This document shows, in pieces, positions 9,354-18,387 of a stretch of 64,000 nt of DNA. Both the position numbers and the translations under genes were made by a program. Within the stretch, counting starts at the first letter, position 1, and the number at the start of each line of letters is the position of its first letter. The DNA lies in the NCBI GenBank assembly GCA_035541415.1, contig DATKNI010000021.1, positions 708 to 64,707 on the forward strand. Direction: 5' to 3'. The notes under the pieces are model-generated. The model had not been told where the DNA came from. It saw only the letters and a program-made list of their open reading frames with translations, and searched no databases. Origin of the DNA: Minisyncoccota bacterium. GTDB taxonomy: Bacteria; Patescibacteriota; Minisyncoccia; UBA6257; 2-01-FULL-56-20.

Positions 9354-9394
9354 TGATCGTCCCTCATCGTAACTATTGAAACTATACGGATGAG

Positions 9395-9624
9395 AGATAG
9401 AGAAAAGTTAAAGGGCTTATTTTTCCATGGGTTTCCGGCGTAATCAACGCCAATCCGCTTCCGCGCGATGATCTCACGGCCTTGTACGGTTACGCCTCGA
9501 CTTCGGTGATCATGATGGCGATTTCCCGGCCGCGCATGCGGTGCACCGCATATTTGCCGAGTAACTCGCGGGCGACGACGAGCGTGGGTCGCGCAAAGAA
9601 AGATTTTGTCAATATCTTTTTCAT
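9395..9624 (-). pseudogene. degraded 3-methyladenine DNA glycosylase (Mpg/AAG family) remnant: N-terminal 44 codons, then a stop, then an out-of-frame C-terminal fragment
   Basis: The minus-strand translation MKKILTKSFFARPTLVVARELLGKYAVHRMRGREIAIMITEVEA* matches the conserved Mpg N-terminus (FF.R....VAR.LLG......G.I.ETEAY) and stops exactly where ETEAY should continue. A downstream frame encodes RIGVDYAGNPWK, which resembles the Mpg C-terminal RIGI....PWRF motif. The central ~130 codons are missing. Confidence 0.5.
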
Positions 9625-9648
9625 ATTTTTTTCATTATAATCATTTGC

Positions 9649-10314
9649 ATGATACCAGAAAAAGATTTGCCGCGGCTCAAAAAACGCTGGCAGAAAATTT
9701 CAAAAACATTAAGCAGGCTTTTCCCGAAGGCGCACATCGCGCTCAATTTTGGCAATCCGTGGGAACTCCTCGTCGCCGTCCAACTGTCGGCGCAGTGCAC
9801 CGATAAAAAAGTGAACCAGGTGACGCCGGCGCTCTTCAAAAAATATCCAACGCTCGCGAGTTACGTGAAGGCGGGGAAGTCGGCAGCCGGCGTCAAAAAT
9901 TTTGAGAACGCGATCCATGCATGCGGTTTCTACCGCGCAAAGACGCGCAACATTTTGGGTGCGGCACACTATGTGCAGAAAAATTATGACGGCGTCTTGC
10001 CAAAAACGATGGCGGAGATGACAAAAATTCCCGGCGTCGGCCGCAAGTCGGCGAATGTTATTTTGGGGAACGCCTATCATGTGGTGGAGGGGATTGCGGT
10101 TGATACGCACGTGATGCGCCTTTCGCAGGTGCTCGGCCTCACTAAAGAAAAGACGCCGGAAAAAATCGAGCAGGACCTCATGAAAATCATCCCCAAGAAA
10201 GACTGGTTCCGCGCGACCTACATGATCATCGACTACGGCCGCGCCTATTGCGTTGCCCGTCCGCACCGGCACGAACTCTGTCCGCTCACAAAAGTTCTCA
10301 AAACGGCCGCGTGA
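9649..10314 (+). CDS. nth: endonuclease III (DNA-(apurinic/apyrimidinic site) lyase)
   Basis: HhH-GPD motifs are present (LVAVQLSAQCTDKKVN, IPGVGRKSANVILGNAY) together with the C-terminal 4Fe-4S motif CVARPHRHELCPL. TATAAT lies 7 nt upstream of the ATG. Confidence 0.9.
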   Translation: MIPEKDLPRLKKRWQKISKTLSRLFPKAHIALNFGNPWELLVAVQLSAQCTDKKVNQVTPALFKKYPTLASYVKAGKSAAGVKNFENAIHACGFYRAKTRNILGAAHYVQKNYDGVLPKTMAEMTKIPGVGRKSANVILGNAYHVVEGIAVDTHVMRLSQVLGLTKEKTPEKIEQDLMKIIPKKDWFRATYMIIDYGRAYCVARPHRHELCPLTKVLKTAA

Positions 10315-10466
10315 CGAGGCTCGACAAGAGGCTCAGGATATGTGTTTTCAGGGCATATCCACAGCAGCGGGGACCAGCATGGTATAATGGATTGGTAAGT
10401 AATATTACAAAGAAGAGCCGTTTTCCGGTGAGGTCGGAGAGCGGTTTTTCTTTTGTCCGCCGAAAC

Positions 10467-10495
10467 TTGACAAAGAATCATTTCTATGATAATAT
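10467..10495 (+). promoter_or_regulatory. sigma-70-type promoter (-35 TTGACA, 17 nt, -10 TAATAT) for the small membrane-protein gene; the downstream leader carries a GAGGAGG SD
   Basis: Read directly from the sequence. Confidence 0.5.
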
Positions 10496-10549
10496 TCCAT
10501 ACAGCAATTTACATCGCATTCGTACAAAAATCCGCCCGAGGAGGCGCTT

Positions 10550-10795
10550 ATGAGCAGACGTTTTGCAAGGATTATCTTTTCAATTGCATTTGTGATCGTG
10601 CTTGCTGGTTCGATCACAATGAGCGTGGGTCTGCGGGCGGAAGACGTCAATCATCCGCACGCTCGGTACGGCCTCATGTGCGTGCTGACCATCGTTGCGG
10701 TTTTCGTAGCGCTCGGCACGATTAACCGGGCTTTCTTTGCCAGCGGCAAACCGAAAGATCACGGCAAGCTGCCCGAGGATCTCAAGCACTACTAA
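10550..10795 (+). CDS. hypothetical small membrane protein (2 predicted TM helices)
   Basis: Hydrophobic segments IIFSIAFVIVLAGSITMSV and LMCVLTIVAVFVALG. Strong SD upstream and a terminator downstream. Confidence 0.5.
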   Translation: MSRRFARIIFSIAFVIVLAGSITMSVGLRAEDVNHPHARYGLMCVLTIVAVFVALGTINRAFFASGKPKDHGKLPEDLKHY

Positions 10796-10813
10796 GAGGC
10801 AGACGGTTGCGAC

Positions 10814-10850
10814 GCCCCGAACTTCAGGTTCGGGGCTTTATTTTCTTTTG
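10814..10850 (+). terminator. intrinsic terminator
   Basis: GCCCCGAAC-ttcag-GTTCGGGGC hairpin followed by TTTATTTTCTTTT. Confidence 0.7.
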
Positions 10851-10908
10851 AATTGTGTTATAATGTTGCGAGTTAGTGCGCAAGCAATCCAGGAGACGGA
10901 GGTGATCC

Positions 10909-11169
10909 ATGGAAGGATCAAACGATCTTGTAGCATTATTCAAGAAGTATTTTCGCCGCGACCCGCCGGAGTCTCCTGAAGAAATTAAGGAGACCCAGCC
11001 TCTCATCGACGAGTACCTTGGCCGCATTCACGGTGAATATGATTTTAGGTTGGCTCGGGCCGTTGCCAGGAAATTCGGTTACAAGACATATCCCAACCGG
11101 TTCCAGGATTACGTATTCAAAGTGAAAGGCGATTTGAGCGCAAGCAGTTTTGAGCGAGTGGAAAAATAA
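10909..11169 (+). CDS. hypothetical protein
   Basis: ORF bracketed by two clear terminators. No family recognised. Confidence 0.4.
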   Translation: MEGSNDLVALFKKYFRRDPPESPEEIKETQPLIDEYLGRIHGEYDFRLARAVARKFGYKTYPNRFQDYVFKVKGDLSASSFERVEK

Positions 11170-11182
11170 CGAGGTTATATGC

Positions 11183-11213
11183 ATCGGGGAGCGCTATGCT
11201 CCCCGATTTTTTG
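11183..11213 (+). terminator. intrinsic terminator
   Basis: ATCGGGGAGC-gctat-GCTCCCCGAT hairpin followed by TTTTTT. Confidence 0.7.
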
Positions 11214-11343
11214 TATTTATATTTTGACCAAATGGTATGCGGAGGGTACTATAAGGAAAAGTGGCTTTGATACCCCTTAGGGTTTATACCCGAGGGGGAT
11301 TCCAGCACTTGAGGGCAAAACATTAAATTTTCATTAATTTATC

Positions 11344-13347
11344 ATGCCGAATCTCGAACTCATTTCAGAGAATAAGCCTGCAGGCGACCAACCGAAAGCG
11401 ATTGCGGCGCTCGTTTCCGGCATCAAAAAAGGCTATCGGGACCAGACGCTCCTTGGCGTAACGGGCTCCGGCAAGACGTTCACGATGGCAAACGTGATCG
11501 CGGAGATCCAGAAACCAACGCTCGTCATTGCCCATAATAAGACATTGGCAGCCCAGCTCTGCAACGAATTCCGCGAATTATTTCCTAAAAATTCGGTTAA
11601 CTATTTTGTCTCGTATTACGACTATTACCAGCCGGAGGCATACATCCCGTCGAGCGATACTTATATCGACAAGGAAGCGTTGATCAACGATGAAATCGAT
11701 AAGCTGCGCCACGCGGCAACGACGGCGCTCCTCACGCGCAAAGACGTGATCATCGTCGCGTCGGTTTCGTGCATTTATGGTTTGGGCGCGCCGGACGTTT
11801 ATCGCGCGAATATTTTCCATTTCAAAGTCGGCGACAAGATTGAACGAAAAGATTTCTCGCGCAAACTCGTTGAATTGCAGTTCAACCGCACGAATGCCGA
11901 CCTCAAGCGCGGCACATACCGCCTGCGCGGAGAAAACTGGGAGATCATGCCCGCCGACCGAGAAATCATATATAACATCGAAGTCGTAGCCGGTACGATC
12001 GTGGCGATTTATGAAGTCGATCCGGTTGTCGGATTCCGTCCCGGAAGGACGCCGAGCATCCCCGATATCATTTTTGCGCCGGCGAAGCATTTCATCACCG
12101 AAGCGCCGGAACGCGAACGGGCGATCGCGCAGATACAAGACGAGCTCAAAGATCAGCTCGCAAAATTCGAAAAAGAAAAAAAGTTTTTGGAAGCAGAACG
12201 CCTCGAGCGCCGCACCAAATTCGACATCGCGATGATGCGCGAAGTGGGGTATTGCCACGGCATCGAAAACTATTCGCGCCATCTTTCCGGCCGCGCTGCG
12301 GGCGAACCGCCGGCGACGCTCCTCGATTATTTTCCGCATACGAGCGACGGCAAGCCGGACTTCCTTACGATCATCGACGAATCGCATATGACGATCCCGC
12401 AATTGCAGGGCATGTACAATGGCGACGCCGCGCGCAAGAAAACGCTCGTCGAATACGGGTTTCGCCTGCCGTCGGCAATCGATAATCGCCCATTGCGGTT
12501 TGAAGAATTCGAGGTGCGCATCGCGCAGACGATGTATACTTCCGCGACGCCGGGCCCCTATGAGCGCGAAGCGAGCGCTCCGCCGAACGGGCAGACCGTC
12601 GAGCAAATCATCCGTCCCACGGGCCTTGTGGATCCAAAGATCACGATGTCGCCGGCGCGCGGCCAAGTGGAAGATCTCATCCCGCGGATCGAAGAGCGCG
12701 TCACCAAAAAAGAGCGCGTCCTCGTGACGACGCTCACCAAACGCATGGCCGAGGACCTCTCGGCATTCCTTGAGGAAAGGAAGATCAAAGTCACGTATCT
12801 CCATAGCGACGTGAAAACGCTTGACCGCATCCGCATCCTCACCGAACTTCGCCGCGGCAAAGTTGACGTCCTCGTTGGCGTAAACCTTTTGCGCGAAGGC
12901 CTCGACCTTCCGGAAGTATCGCTCGTTGCCATTTTGGACGCCGATAAAGAAGGATTTTTGCGCAGCGAAGTTTCGCTCGTGCAGACGATCGGCCGCGCCG
13001 CCCGCAACGCGCAAGGCGAAGTCTTGATGTATGCCGACCAGATCACCGGCTCTATCGAGCGCGCCGTCAAGGAAACCGAGCGTCGCCGCAAGATCCAGCT
13101 CGCGTACAACAAGGAGCATGGCATCACGCCGACCACGATCATCAAGAAAATTTCCGACATCCTGCCGAACGTGGATGAAATTTTGAAGCTCGAAACCAAG
13201 CCAATTCCAAAATCCAAGACGGGCATGCAAAAGCTGATTGCTGAGAAGCAGCGCGAGATGCGCGAAGCCGCGAAAGCGCTCGATTTCGAGATGGCCGCGA
13301 TCCTGCGGGATGAAATTAAGGAGCTGATGAAGAAGGCGGGGAAGTAG
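11344..13347 (+). CDS. uvrB: excinuclease ABC subunit B
   Basis: PAGDQPKAIAALVSGIKKG...GVTGSGKTF Walker A motif, helicase motifs, and a C-terminal UVR domain (ALDFEMAAILRDEIKEL). Confidence 0.95.
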   Translation: MPNLELISENKPAGDQPKAIAALVSGIKKGYRDQTLLGVTGSGKTFTMANVIAEIQKPTLVIAHNKTLAAQLCNEFRELFPKNSVNYFVSYYDYYQPEAYIPSSDTYIDKEALINDEIDKLRHAATTALLTRKDVIIVASVSCIYGLGAPDVYRANIFHFKVGDKIERKDFSRKLVELQFNRTNADLKRGTYRLRGENWEIMPADREIIYNIEVVAGTIVAIYEVDPVVGFRPGRTPSIPDIIFAPAKHFITEAPERERAIAQIQDELKDQLAKFEKEKKFLEAERLERRTKFDIAMMREVGYCHGIENYSRHLSGRAAGEPPATLLDYFPHTSDGKPDFLTIIDESHMTIPQLQGMYNGDAARKKTLVEYGFRLPSAIDNRPLRFEEFEVRIAQTMYTSATPGPYEREASAPPNGQTVEQIIRPTGLVDPKITMSPARGQVEDLIPRIEERVTKKERVLVTTLTKRMAEDLSAFLEERKIKVTYLHSDVKTLDRIRILTELRRGKVDVLVGVNLLREGLDLPEVSLVAILDADKEGFLRSEVSLVQTIGRAARNAQGEVLMYADQITGSIERAVKETERRRKIQLAYNKEHGITPTTIIKKISDILPNVDEILKLETKPIPKSKTGMQKLIAEKQREMREAAKALDFEMAAILRDEIKELMKKAGK

Positions 13348-13377
13348 CGATGCATGATAAACTAAGACAATAACGAT

Positions 13378-13710
13378 ATGCACCATATGCGCCTTGCAAC
13401 TGAATATTTCCAAAAAATCGCTAATGGCACGAAAGCAATAGAATGCCGTCTTTGGGATGAAAAAAGGCAGCAGTTAAAAGCGGGGGACGAGATTGAATTT
13501 TCCGATACTAACGACGAACAGAAAAAGGCGAAGACCAGAATTGTTGCATTGCATCGGGCTGCTTCTTTTGCAGAATTGCTCGATCAATTTCCCATTAATA
13601 AATTTGGAAGCGAGAGCAAGGAGCAAATGCTCGCTGCGCTTAAAAAGTTTTATTCCGACGAAGAAGAAAAGAAATTCGGTGTTGTTGGAATTGAGGTGAA
13701 ACTTATATAA
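13378..13710 (+). CDS. ASCH (PUA-like) domain protein; compositionally atypical (low GC)
   Basis: Small PUA-like fold candidate (TEYFQKIANGTKAIECRLWDEKRQQLKAGDEIEF). Local GC is roughly 43% against ~60% in the flanks. Confidence 0.5.
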   Translation: MHHMRLATEYFQKIANGTKAIECRLWDEKRQQLKAGDEIEFSDTNDEQKKAKTRIVALHRAASFAELLDQFPINKFGSESKEQMLAALKKFYSDEEEKKFGVVGIEVKLI

Positions 13711-13777
13711 GAATCGACAACTCCCCAAAAACGTGATATTCTATCAGGAACGCGCCGCATGCGCGTTCTTATTATGT

Positions 13778-15235
13778 ATGGCAAATGAAGTAATTCTCCG
13801 CTTCAACGATGTCTCTTTTGAGCATGGCCCCAAGAAACAGATCCTCCACGAGGCCTCTTTTTCCGTGCGCCGCGGGCAGAAGATAACGCTCATGGGCCAG
13901 AACGGGGCCGGGAAGACGACCATATTCCAGATGATCGCCGGCGCCATAAAGCCCGAAGCGGGGACGATTTCCATTGAAAACGGCCTTACAATGGCCCGAG
14001 CCCTCCAGGTGATACCGCGCTCGCACCTCGAATGGACCGTGCTCCAGTTTTTTGAAAGCGCGTTCCCGGGCAAGAAGGCATACGACATCGAGCCGCGCGT
14101 TAAGAAAGTTTTGGAAATTGTAAACCTTATGGCCCCGCTCGACCGCATGCTCAAATCATTCTCTGGCGGTCAACAAGCACGGCTGCTTCTCGCGCATGCG
14201 CTCATCCAGGATCCGGATGTCTTGCTTCTTGACGAACCGACGAATAACCTCGACAAGGCCGGCATCGAGCATCTCACCAAATTCATTATCGATTCCAAGA
14301 AAACCGTCATCGTCATTTCCCACGACGCAGATTTTTTGAATTCATTCACGCAGGGCGTTTTGTATCTCGATGTTCATACGCACATGGTGGAACAGTATAC
14401 CGGCAACTATCTCGACGTGGTGAAGAACATCAGCGAACGCATTGAGCGCGAACGCATGAAGAACGTGCGCCTGCAAAAGGAAATCCAACACCGCAAAGAC
14501 CAGGCAAGCTTCTTTGCGCAGAAAGGAGGCCATATGCGCGACGTTGCCCGCAAGATGAACGAGAAGATCGAGGAACTCGAAGAAGACGTTGTTGAGGTGC
14601 GCCGCGAAGACCGCACGATCCGCAGCTTTGCCATCCAGGTTCAAAAAGATTTGGAAGGACAGATCGTCAAGCTTGATTCTGTTTCGGTAATAAAAAATCA
14701 CAAGCCGGTCGTGAAGAAAATCACGCCGATTATTCTCAAGAGAAAGGAGCGCCTGCATCTTGTCGGCCCGAACGGCATCGGCAAGACAACGTTTCTTGAG
14801 TTGCTTGCGAGCGGCCATGCAAAAGGCGAGCACGTGGCGAAGGGCGTGAAGATCGGCTATTACCGCCAGGATTTTTCCACGCTCGATTTTGATGCGACGG
14901 TCTGGGACACGTTAGCGGATGCGATGGAGGAAGGCGACCAGGATCGTTTGCGCTCAACGGCGGCCGGATTCCTCATTGACGCTGATGTGCTCCGCGCAAA
15001 AGTCGGCTCGCTTTCGGAAGGACAGAAGGGTTTGGTTGCATTCGCAAAGCTTTCGCTCGAGCGTCCGGGGCTTCTCATTCTCGACGAGCCGACGAATCAC
15101 ATCAATTTCCGGCACATTCCAGTCATTGCGCAGGCGCTCGACCGCTATGAAGGCGCGATGATCCTCGTAAGCCATGTTCCGGATTTTGTGAAGCAGATCA
15201 AGATCGATTACGCGCTCGACTTGGCCACGCTATAA
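13778..15235 (+). CDS. ABC-F family ATPase (two tandem ABC domains, no TMD; EttA/Uup/YheS-like)
   Basis: Two Walker A motifs (GQNGAGKTT and GPNGIGKTT), two signature motifs (LSGGQQARL and LSEGQKGLV) and a charged inter-domain linker. Confidence 0.85.
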   Translation: MANEVILRFNDVSFEHGPKKQILHEASFSVRRGQKITLMGQNGAGKTTIFQMIAGAIKPEAGTISIENGLTMARALQVIPRSHLEWTVLQFFESAFPGKKAYDIEPRVKKVLEIVNLMAPLDRMLKSFSGGQQARLLLAHALIQDPDVLLLDEPTNNLDKAGIEHLTKFIIDSKKTVIVISHDADFLNSFTQGVLYLDVHTHMVEQYTGNYLDVVKNISERIERERMKNVRLQKEIQHRKDQASFFAQKGGHMRDVARKMNEKIEELEEDVVEVRREDRTIRSFAIQVQKDLEGQIVKLDSVSVIKNHKPVVKKITPIILKRKERLHLVGPNGIGKTTFLELLASGHAKGEHVAKGVKIGYYRQDFSTLDFDATVWDTLADAMEEGDQDRLRSTAAGFLIDADVLRAKVGSLSEGQKGLVAFAKLSLERPGLLILDEPTNHINFRHIPVIAQALDRYEGAMILVSHVPDFVKQIKIDYALDLATL

Positions 15236-15254
15236 AACTTTGGATTGATAGACG

Positions 15255-15290
15255 GTAAAAAAAGAACCCGGCGAAAATCGTCGGGTTCAA
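15255..15290. terminator. bidirectional intrinsic terminator between the convergent ABC-F and BtpA-like genes
   Basis: GAACCCGGCGA-aaa-TCGTCGGGTTC hairpin flanked by an A-tract upstream (which reads as a U-tract on the - strand). Confidence 0.6.
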
Positions 15291-15306
15291 CGTTGGGGTG
15301 CGCAGG

Positions 15307-16023
15307 TTAGCCTGCAAGTTTTTTTGCGAGCATGTTCACGCGCTTTGGGTTGAGTTCGGTAAACGAATTGCTGATGCCGCTCGCGACAAGAAAGCAGTCT
15401 GCGTACGGCATGTATTGTTCCACATTTTCCGGTGTGATGCCGCTCGCGATTGCGAGCGGGAAGGCGCCGATTGCTCCTTTCATTCGGCAAATCTTTTGCA
15501 CGTCGGCCGCAATGCCGGTTGCGTCGCCGCTTGTTGTGACGACATCCATAAACGGCGTTGCGAGCCTGGCTGCCTTTGCCGGATCTTTGGAGAGCTTCTG
15601 ATGTTTGAACGCTACCCCTCCAAAGTGAAGGCCGCGGTACTGGTTGCGTTGACGTTCTGCAAGGATTTCCCGGGCAACCCGTACGGACTGCTCGGGAGCA
15701 TCGTCGATGCCTCCGTCGTCGCACCACACGCCATCCACGGTGTTTTGGTATTTGCCAAAGTTATTTATCGTCCGGAAAGTGCTGACGGGAGTAAGGTTGA
15801 GACAATTAATTCCGATCCAGAAGGCGGGATGCTTTTCCTTGGCCATCCGTTGCCAGTGGAAAAGAAATTGATAGGGTGTGTTATCGTGGTTGATAAGGAA
15901 AACGCCGTCAGCTCCTTCGCTGCGGGCGATGTCCACGTTGCGAAGCGCTTGCTCACTGTCTTTAACATGGATAACCGCAAACAGTGCGTGGCGTTTCTGA
16001 AAAACAGCTCGATATTCGGACAT
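15307..16023 (-). CDS. BtpA/SgcQ-family TIM-barrel protein (putative)
   Basis: AVIHVKDSEQALRNVDIARSEGADGVFLINH and a C-terminal ASGITPENV...FLVASGI resemble BtpA-family motifs. AAGGAG SD lies 6 nt upstream. Confidence 0.5.
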   Translation of the reverse strand: MSEYRAVFQKRHALFAVIHVKDSEQALRNVDIARSEGADGVFLINHDNTPYQFLFHWQRMAKEKHPAFWIGINCLNLTPVSTFRTINNFGKYQNTVDGVWCDDGGIDDAPEQSVRVAREILAERQRNQYRGLHFGGVAFKHQKLSKDPAKAARLATPFMDVVTTSGDATGIAADVQKICRMKGAIGAFPLAIASGITPENVEQYMPYADCFLVASGISNSFTELNPKRVNMLAKKLAG

Positions 16024-16149
16024 GCCGGCTCCTTGTTTTTACGATAAAATTTCTATCGGAACTATGCATCAATAAAAGAACGAAGTCAATCAACGGTTGG
16101 CAACGTTCTCGGCGGCATCCTTGTAACGGCAGGCGTGCTTGCAACGGTA

Positions 16150-16193
16150 TTTATTAAATAAAAAGGCCCTCGCATAGTACTGCGAAGGCCTTT
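16150..16193 (-). terminator. intrinsic terminator for the upstream small - strand ORF
   Basis: Imperfect GGCCTTCGCA/TGCGAGGGCC hairpin followed on the - strand by TTTTATTTAATAAA. Confidence 0.5.
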
Positions 16194-16219
16194 GGCGGCG
16201 GCGGCGACGATGAGAGAAT

Positions 16220-16393
16220 TCAGGATTCGTTCATCATGCGTTCGGGTTCGGCGCTGTCCGGCGTTTGGTCCGGATCGCTCCCGTTGTTCTCCGGTTCCTT
16301 CATGAGATCGGCCAATCGTAACGATTGGGGGATTCGCGGTGATTTCTTGGTCCAGGAATTTCCAAAGATTGGGGCATTTGTGGCACTGAGCAT
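16220..16393 (-). CDS. hypothetical small protein (57 aa) with its own SD and terminator
   Basis: Translation is MLSATNAPIFGNSWTKKSPRIPQSLRLADLMKEPENNGSDPDQTPDSAEPERMMNES. AGGAGA lies 7 nt upstream of the ATG, and the terminator follows immediately. It falls below the 60-aa cut-off of the ORF track. Confidence 0.4.
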   Translation of the reverse strand: MLSATNAPIFGNSWTKKSPRIPQSLRLADLMKEPENNGSDPDQTPDSAEPERMMNES

Positions 16394-16485
16394 GGGGCGG
16401 TCTCCTGCGCCAAATTGGCTGCTTGTATTATCTCTTAAAATTATAATTTTGTCAAATATTAAAAAATTTGGTACTATAATCCTCT

Positions 16486-18258
16486 ATGTCGCTTTTATTC
16501 TCCTATCTGAAGAAATATAAGAAACTGCTTTTCCTGACGCTCGTGCTCGCCACGGTGAACACGGTTTTTTCGCTGGTCGATCCGCAGGTGTTCCGCATCA
16601 TTATTGACGGCTATGTTTCAAAAATCGGATCCATCTCGCAGGCGGATTTCCTGCGGGGAGTCGGACTTTTGCTCCTCGCGTCGATCACGGCCGCGTTTAT
16701 TTCGCGCGTCGCAAAAAACTTCCAGCAATATTATGAAAATGTGGTGACCCAGCGCGTGGGCACCGAGCTGTACGCCAAAAGCGTCGCACATTCATTCTCG
16801 CTGCCGTACAGCGTCTTTGAGGACCAGCGTTCGGGAGAGCTGCTGCAGAAATTGCAGAAAGCGCGGCTTGACAGCCAGCAGCTTATCCTCAGTTTCGTCG
16901 ACATTGTTTTCGTGTCGCTCGTCGGCGTTGCCTTTGTGCTCGGATATGCTTTCTATGTCCACTGGCTCATCGGCCTCCTGTATTTCCTGATCATTCCGAT
17001 CATGGGGACGGCGCTATTTTTCTTGGGGCGCAAAATCAAAGCGATCCAGCGGAATATCGTTGTTGAATCGGCGAATCTTGCCGGATCGACGACGGAAACC
17101 ATCCGCAACGTGGAACTCGTGAAGAGTTTAGGATTGGAACGCCAGGAAACCAAGCGCTTGAACGAAGTGAACGACAAGGTGCTCCACCTCGAACTTTCCA
17201 AGCTGACGCTCATCCGCAAGCTGAGTTTTACGCAGGGCACGATCGTAAACGCAATGCGTTCCGCAATCTTGTTCTGCATGCTCTGGCTTATTTTCAGCGG
17301 CGCCATCTCGCTCGGCCAGTTCCTCACACTGTGGTTCTATTCGTTCTATATCTTCAATCCGCTCGGCGACATCGGCACCGTTGCCGCGCAATACCAGGAG
17401 GCGAAGGGCAGCTTGGAGAAGCTCGAGGAAATCCTTTCTATCCCGTCGGAAAAGAAACCGGTTGATGCCAAGCGCGTCGATGCATTGAAGACGATCGAGT
17501 TCAGGAAGGCGACATTCAGCTACCAGGAAAATAATAATGCGGCGGTGAAGGATATTTCATTTACCATCAAAAGCGGAGAGACCGTCGCCTTTGCCGGCTA
17601 TTCCGGATCGGGTAAAACTACACTCATCAAATTGCTCGTTGGATTGTATAAACCGACGAAAGGCTCGATTTCATTGAACGGCATTGATGGTTCAAAAGTT
17701 GATTATGACTATTTGCGCCGCAAGATCGGATACGTTTCGCAGGAGACCCAGCTTTTTGCCGGGACGCTCCGCGATAACCTGCTCTTCGTGAATCCGGCGG
17801 CAACCGACGAGGATTGCTGGGATGCTTTGAAGAGCGCTTCGGTCGTTGATATCGCGCATCGCGGCGGCAAGGGCCTCGACACGCGCATCGGCGAAGGCGG
17901 CATCAAGATTTCGGGCGGCGAACGCCAGCGCCTTGCGATCGCCCGCGCGCTTCTCAGGAAGCCCGACCTCATCATCTTTGACGAAGCGACGTCGAGCCTC
18001 GATTCGATCACCGAAAAATCCATCACCGACACCATCAAGGAAATCGCGCAGACGCACCCCGATCTCATCACGGTCATGGTGGCGCACCGGCTTTCGACGA
18101 TTGCCCACGCCGACACGATTTATGTTTTGCAGAAAGGCACTATCATCGAACACGGTTCCCACAACGAGCTCCTGCAAAATCGGGACGGCTTGTATTCGGC
18201 CCTCTGGAAAGAGCAGAGCGGAAGCGGGGAAGTCTGGGAGGCGCCGGTTTTTGCATAA
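16486..18258 (+). CDS. ABC transporter, fused permease/ATP-binding protein (type I exporter, MsbA-like)
   Basis: Six-TM N-terminal domain, then an NBD with GYSGSGKTT, LSGGERQRLAIARAL and IIFDEATSSLD. TATAAT lies 6 nt upstream of the ATG. Confidence 0.9.
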   Translation: MSLLFSYLKKYKKLLFLTLVLATVNTVFSLVDPQVFRIIIDGYVSKIGSISQADFLRGVGLLLLASITAAFISRVAKNFQQYYENVVTQRVGTELYAKSVAHSFSLPYSVFEDQRSGELLQKLQKARLDSQQLILSFVDIVFVSLVGVAFVLGYAFYVHWLIGLLYFLIIPIMGTALFFLGRKIKAIQRNIVVESANLAGSTTETIRNVELVKSLGLERQETKRLNEVNDKVLHLELSKLTLIRKLSFTQGTIVNAMRSAILFCMLWLIFSGAISLGQFLTLWFYSFYIFNPLGDIGTVAAQYQEAKGSLEKLEEILSIPSEKKPVDAKRVDALKTIEFRKATFSYQENNNAAVKDISFTIKSGETVAFAGYSGSGKTTLIKLLVGLYKPTKGSISLNGIDGSKVDYDYLRRKIGYVSQETQLFAGTLRDNLLFVNPAATDEDCWDALKSASVVDIAHRGGKGLDTRIGEGGIKISGGERQRLAIARALLRKPDLIIFDEATSSLDSITEKSITDTIKEIAQTHPDLITVMVAHRLSTIAHADTIYVLQKGTIIEHGSHNELLQNRDGLYSALWKEQSGSGEVWEAPVFA

Positions 18259-18387
18259 ATCGGATTATTAAATTATCATTAACCGGTAGCTGAAAGCACG
18301 ACAGGTACCCCTATGAGCCGCGGCTCGGGGGCTCATTCGTTATGGAAAAACCTTCAAGATCGCAAAACCCGACCCAACCCCAAAACC

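Noticed and set aside
9084-9356. 90-aa + strand ORF overlapping the - strand Cys-rich ORF
   Set aside because: It has a GTG start without an SD and its codon bias decays in the second half. The - strand alternative has a good SD. Both remain low-confidence.
11578-13413. 611-aa ORF on the - strand
   Set aside because: It lies entirely antisense to uvrB, whose + strand product has unambiguous UvrB motifs. Long antisense ORFs are expected at ~60% GC. No recognisable domain was seen.
16236-16520. 94-aa + strand ORF upstream of the ABC exporter
   Set aside because: It reads through the exporter promoter (TATAAT at 16474) and start codon, and it is antisense to a - strand 57-codon ORF that has a proper SD and terminator.
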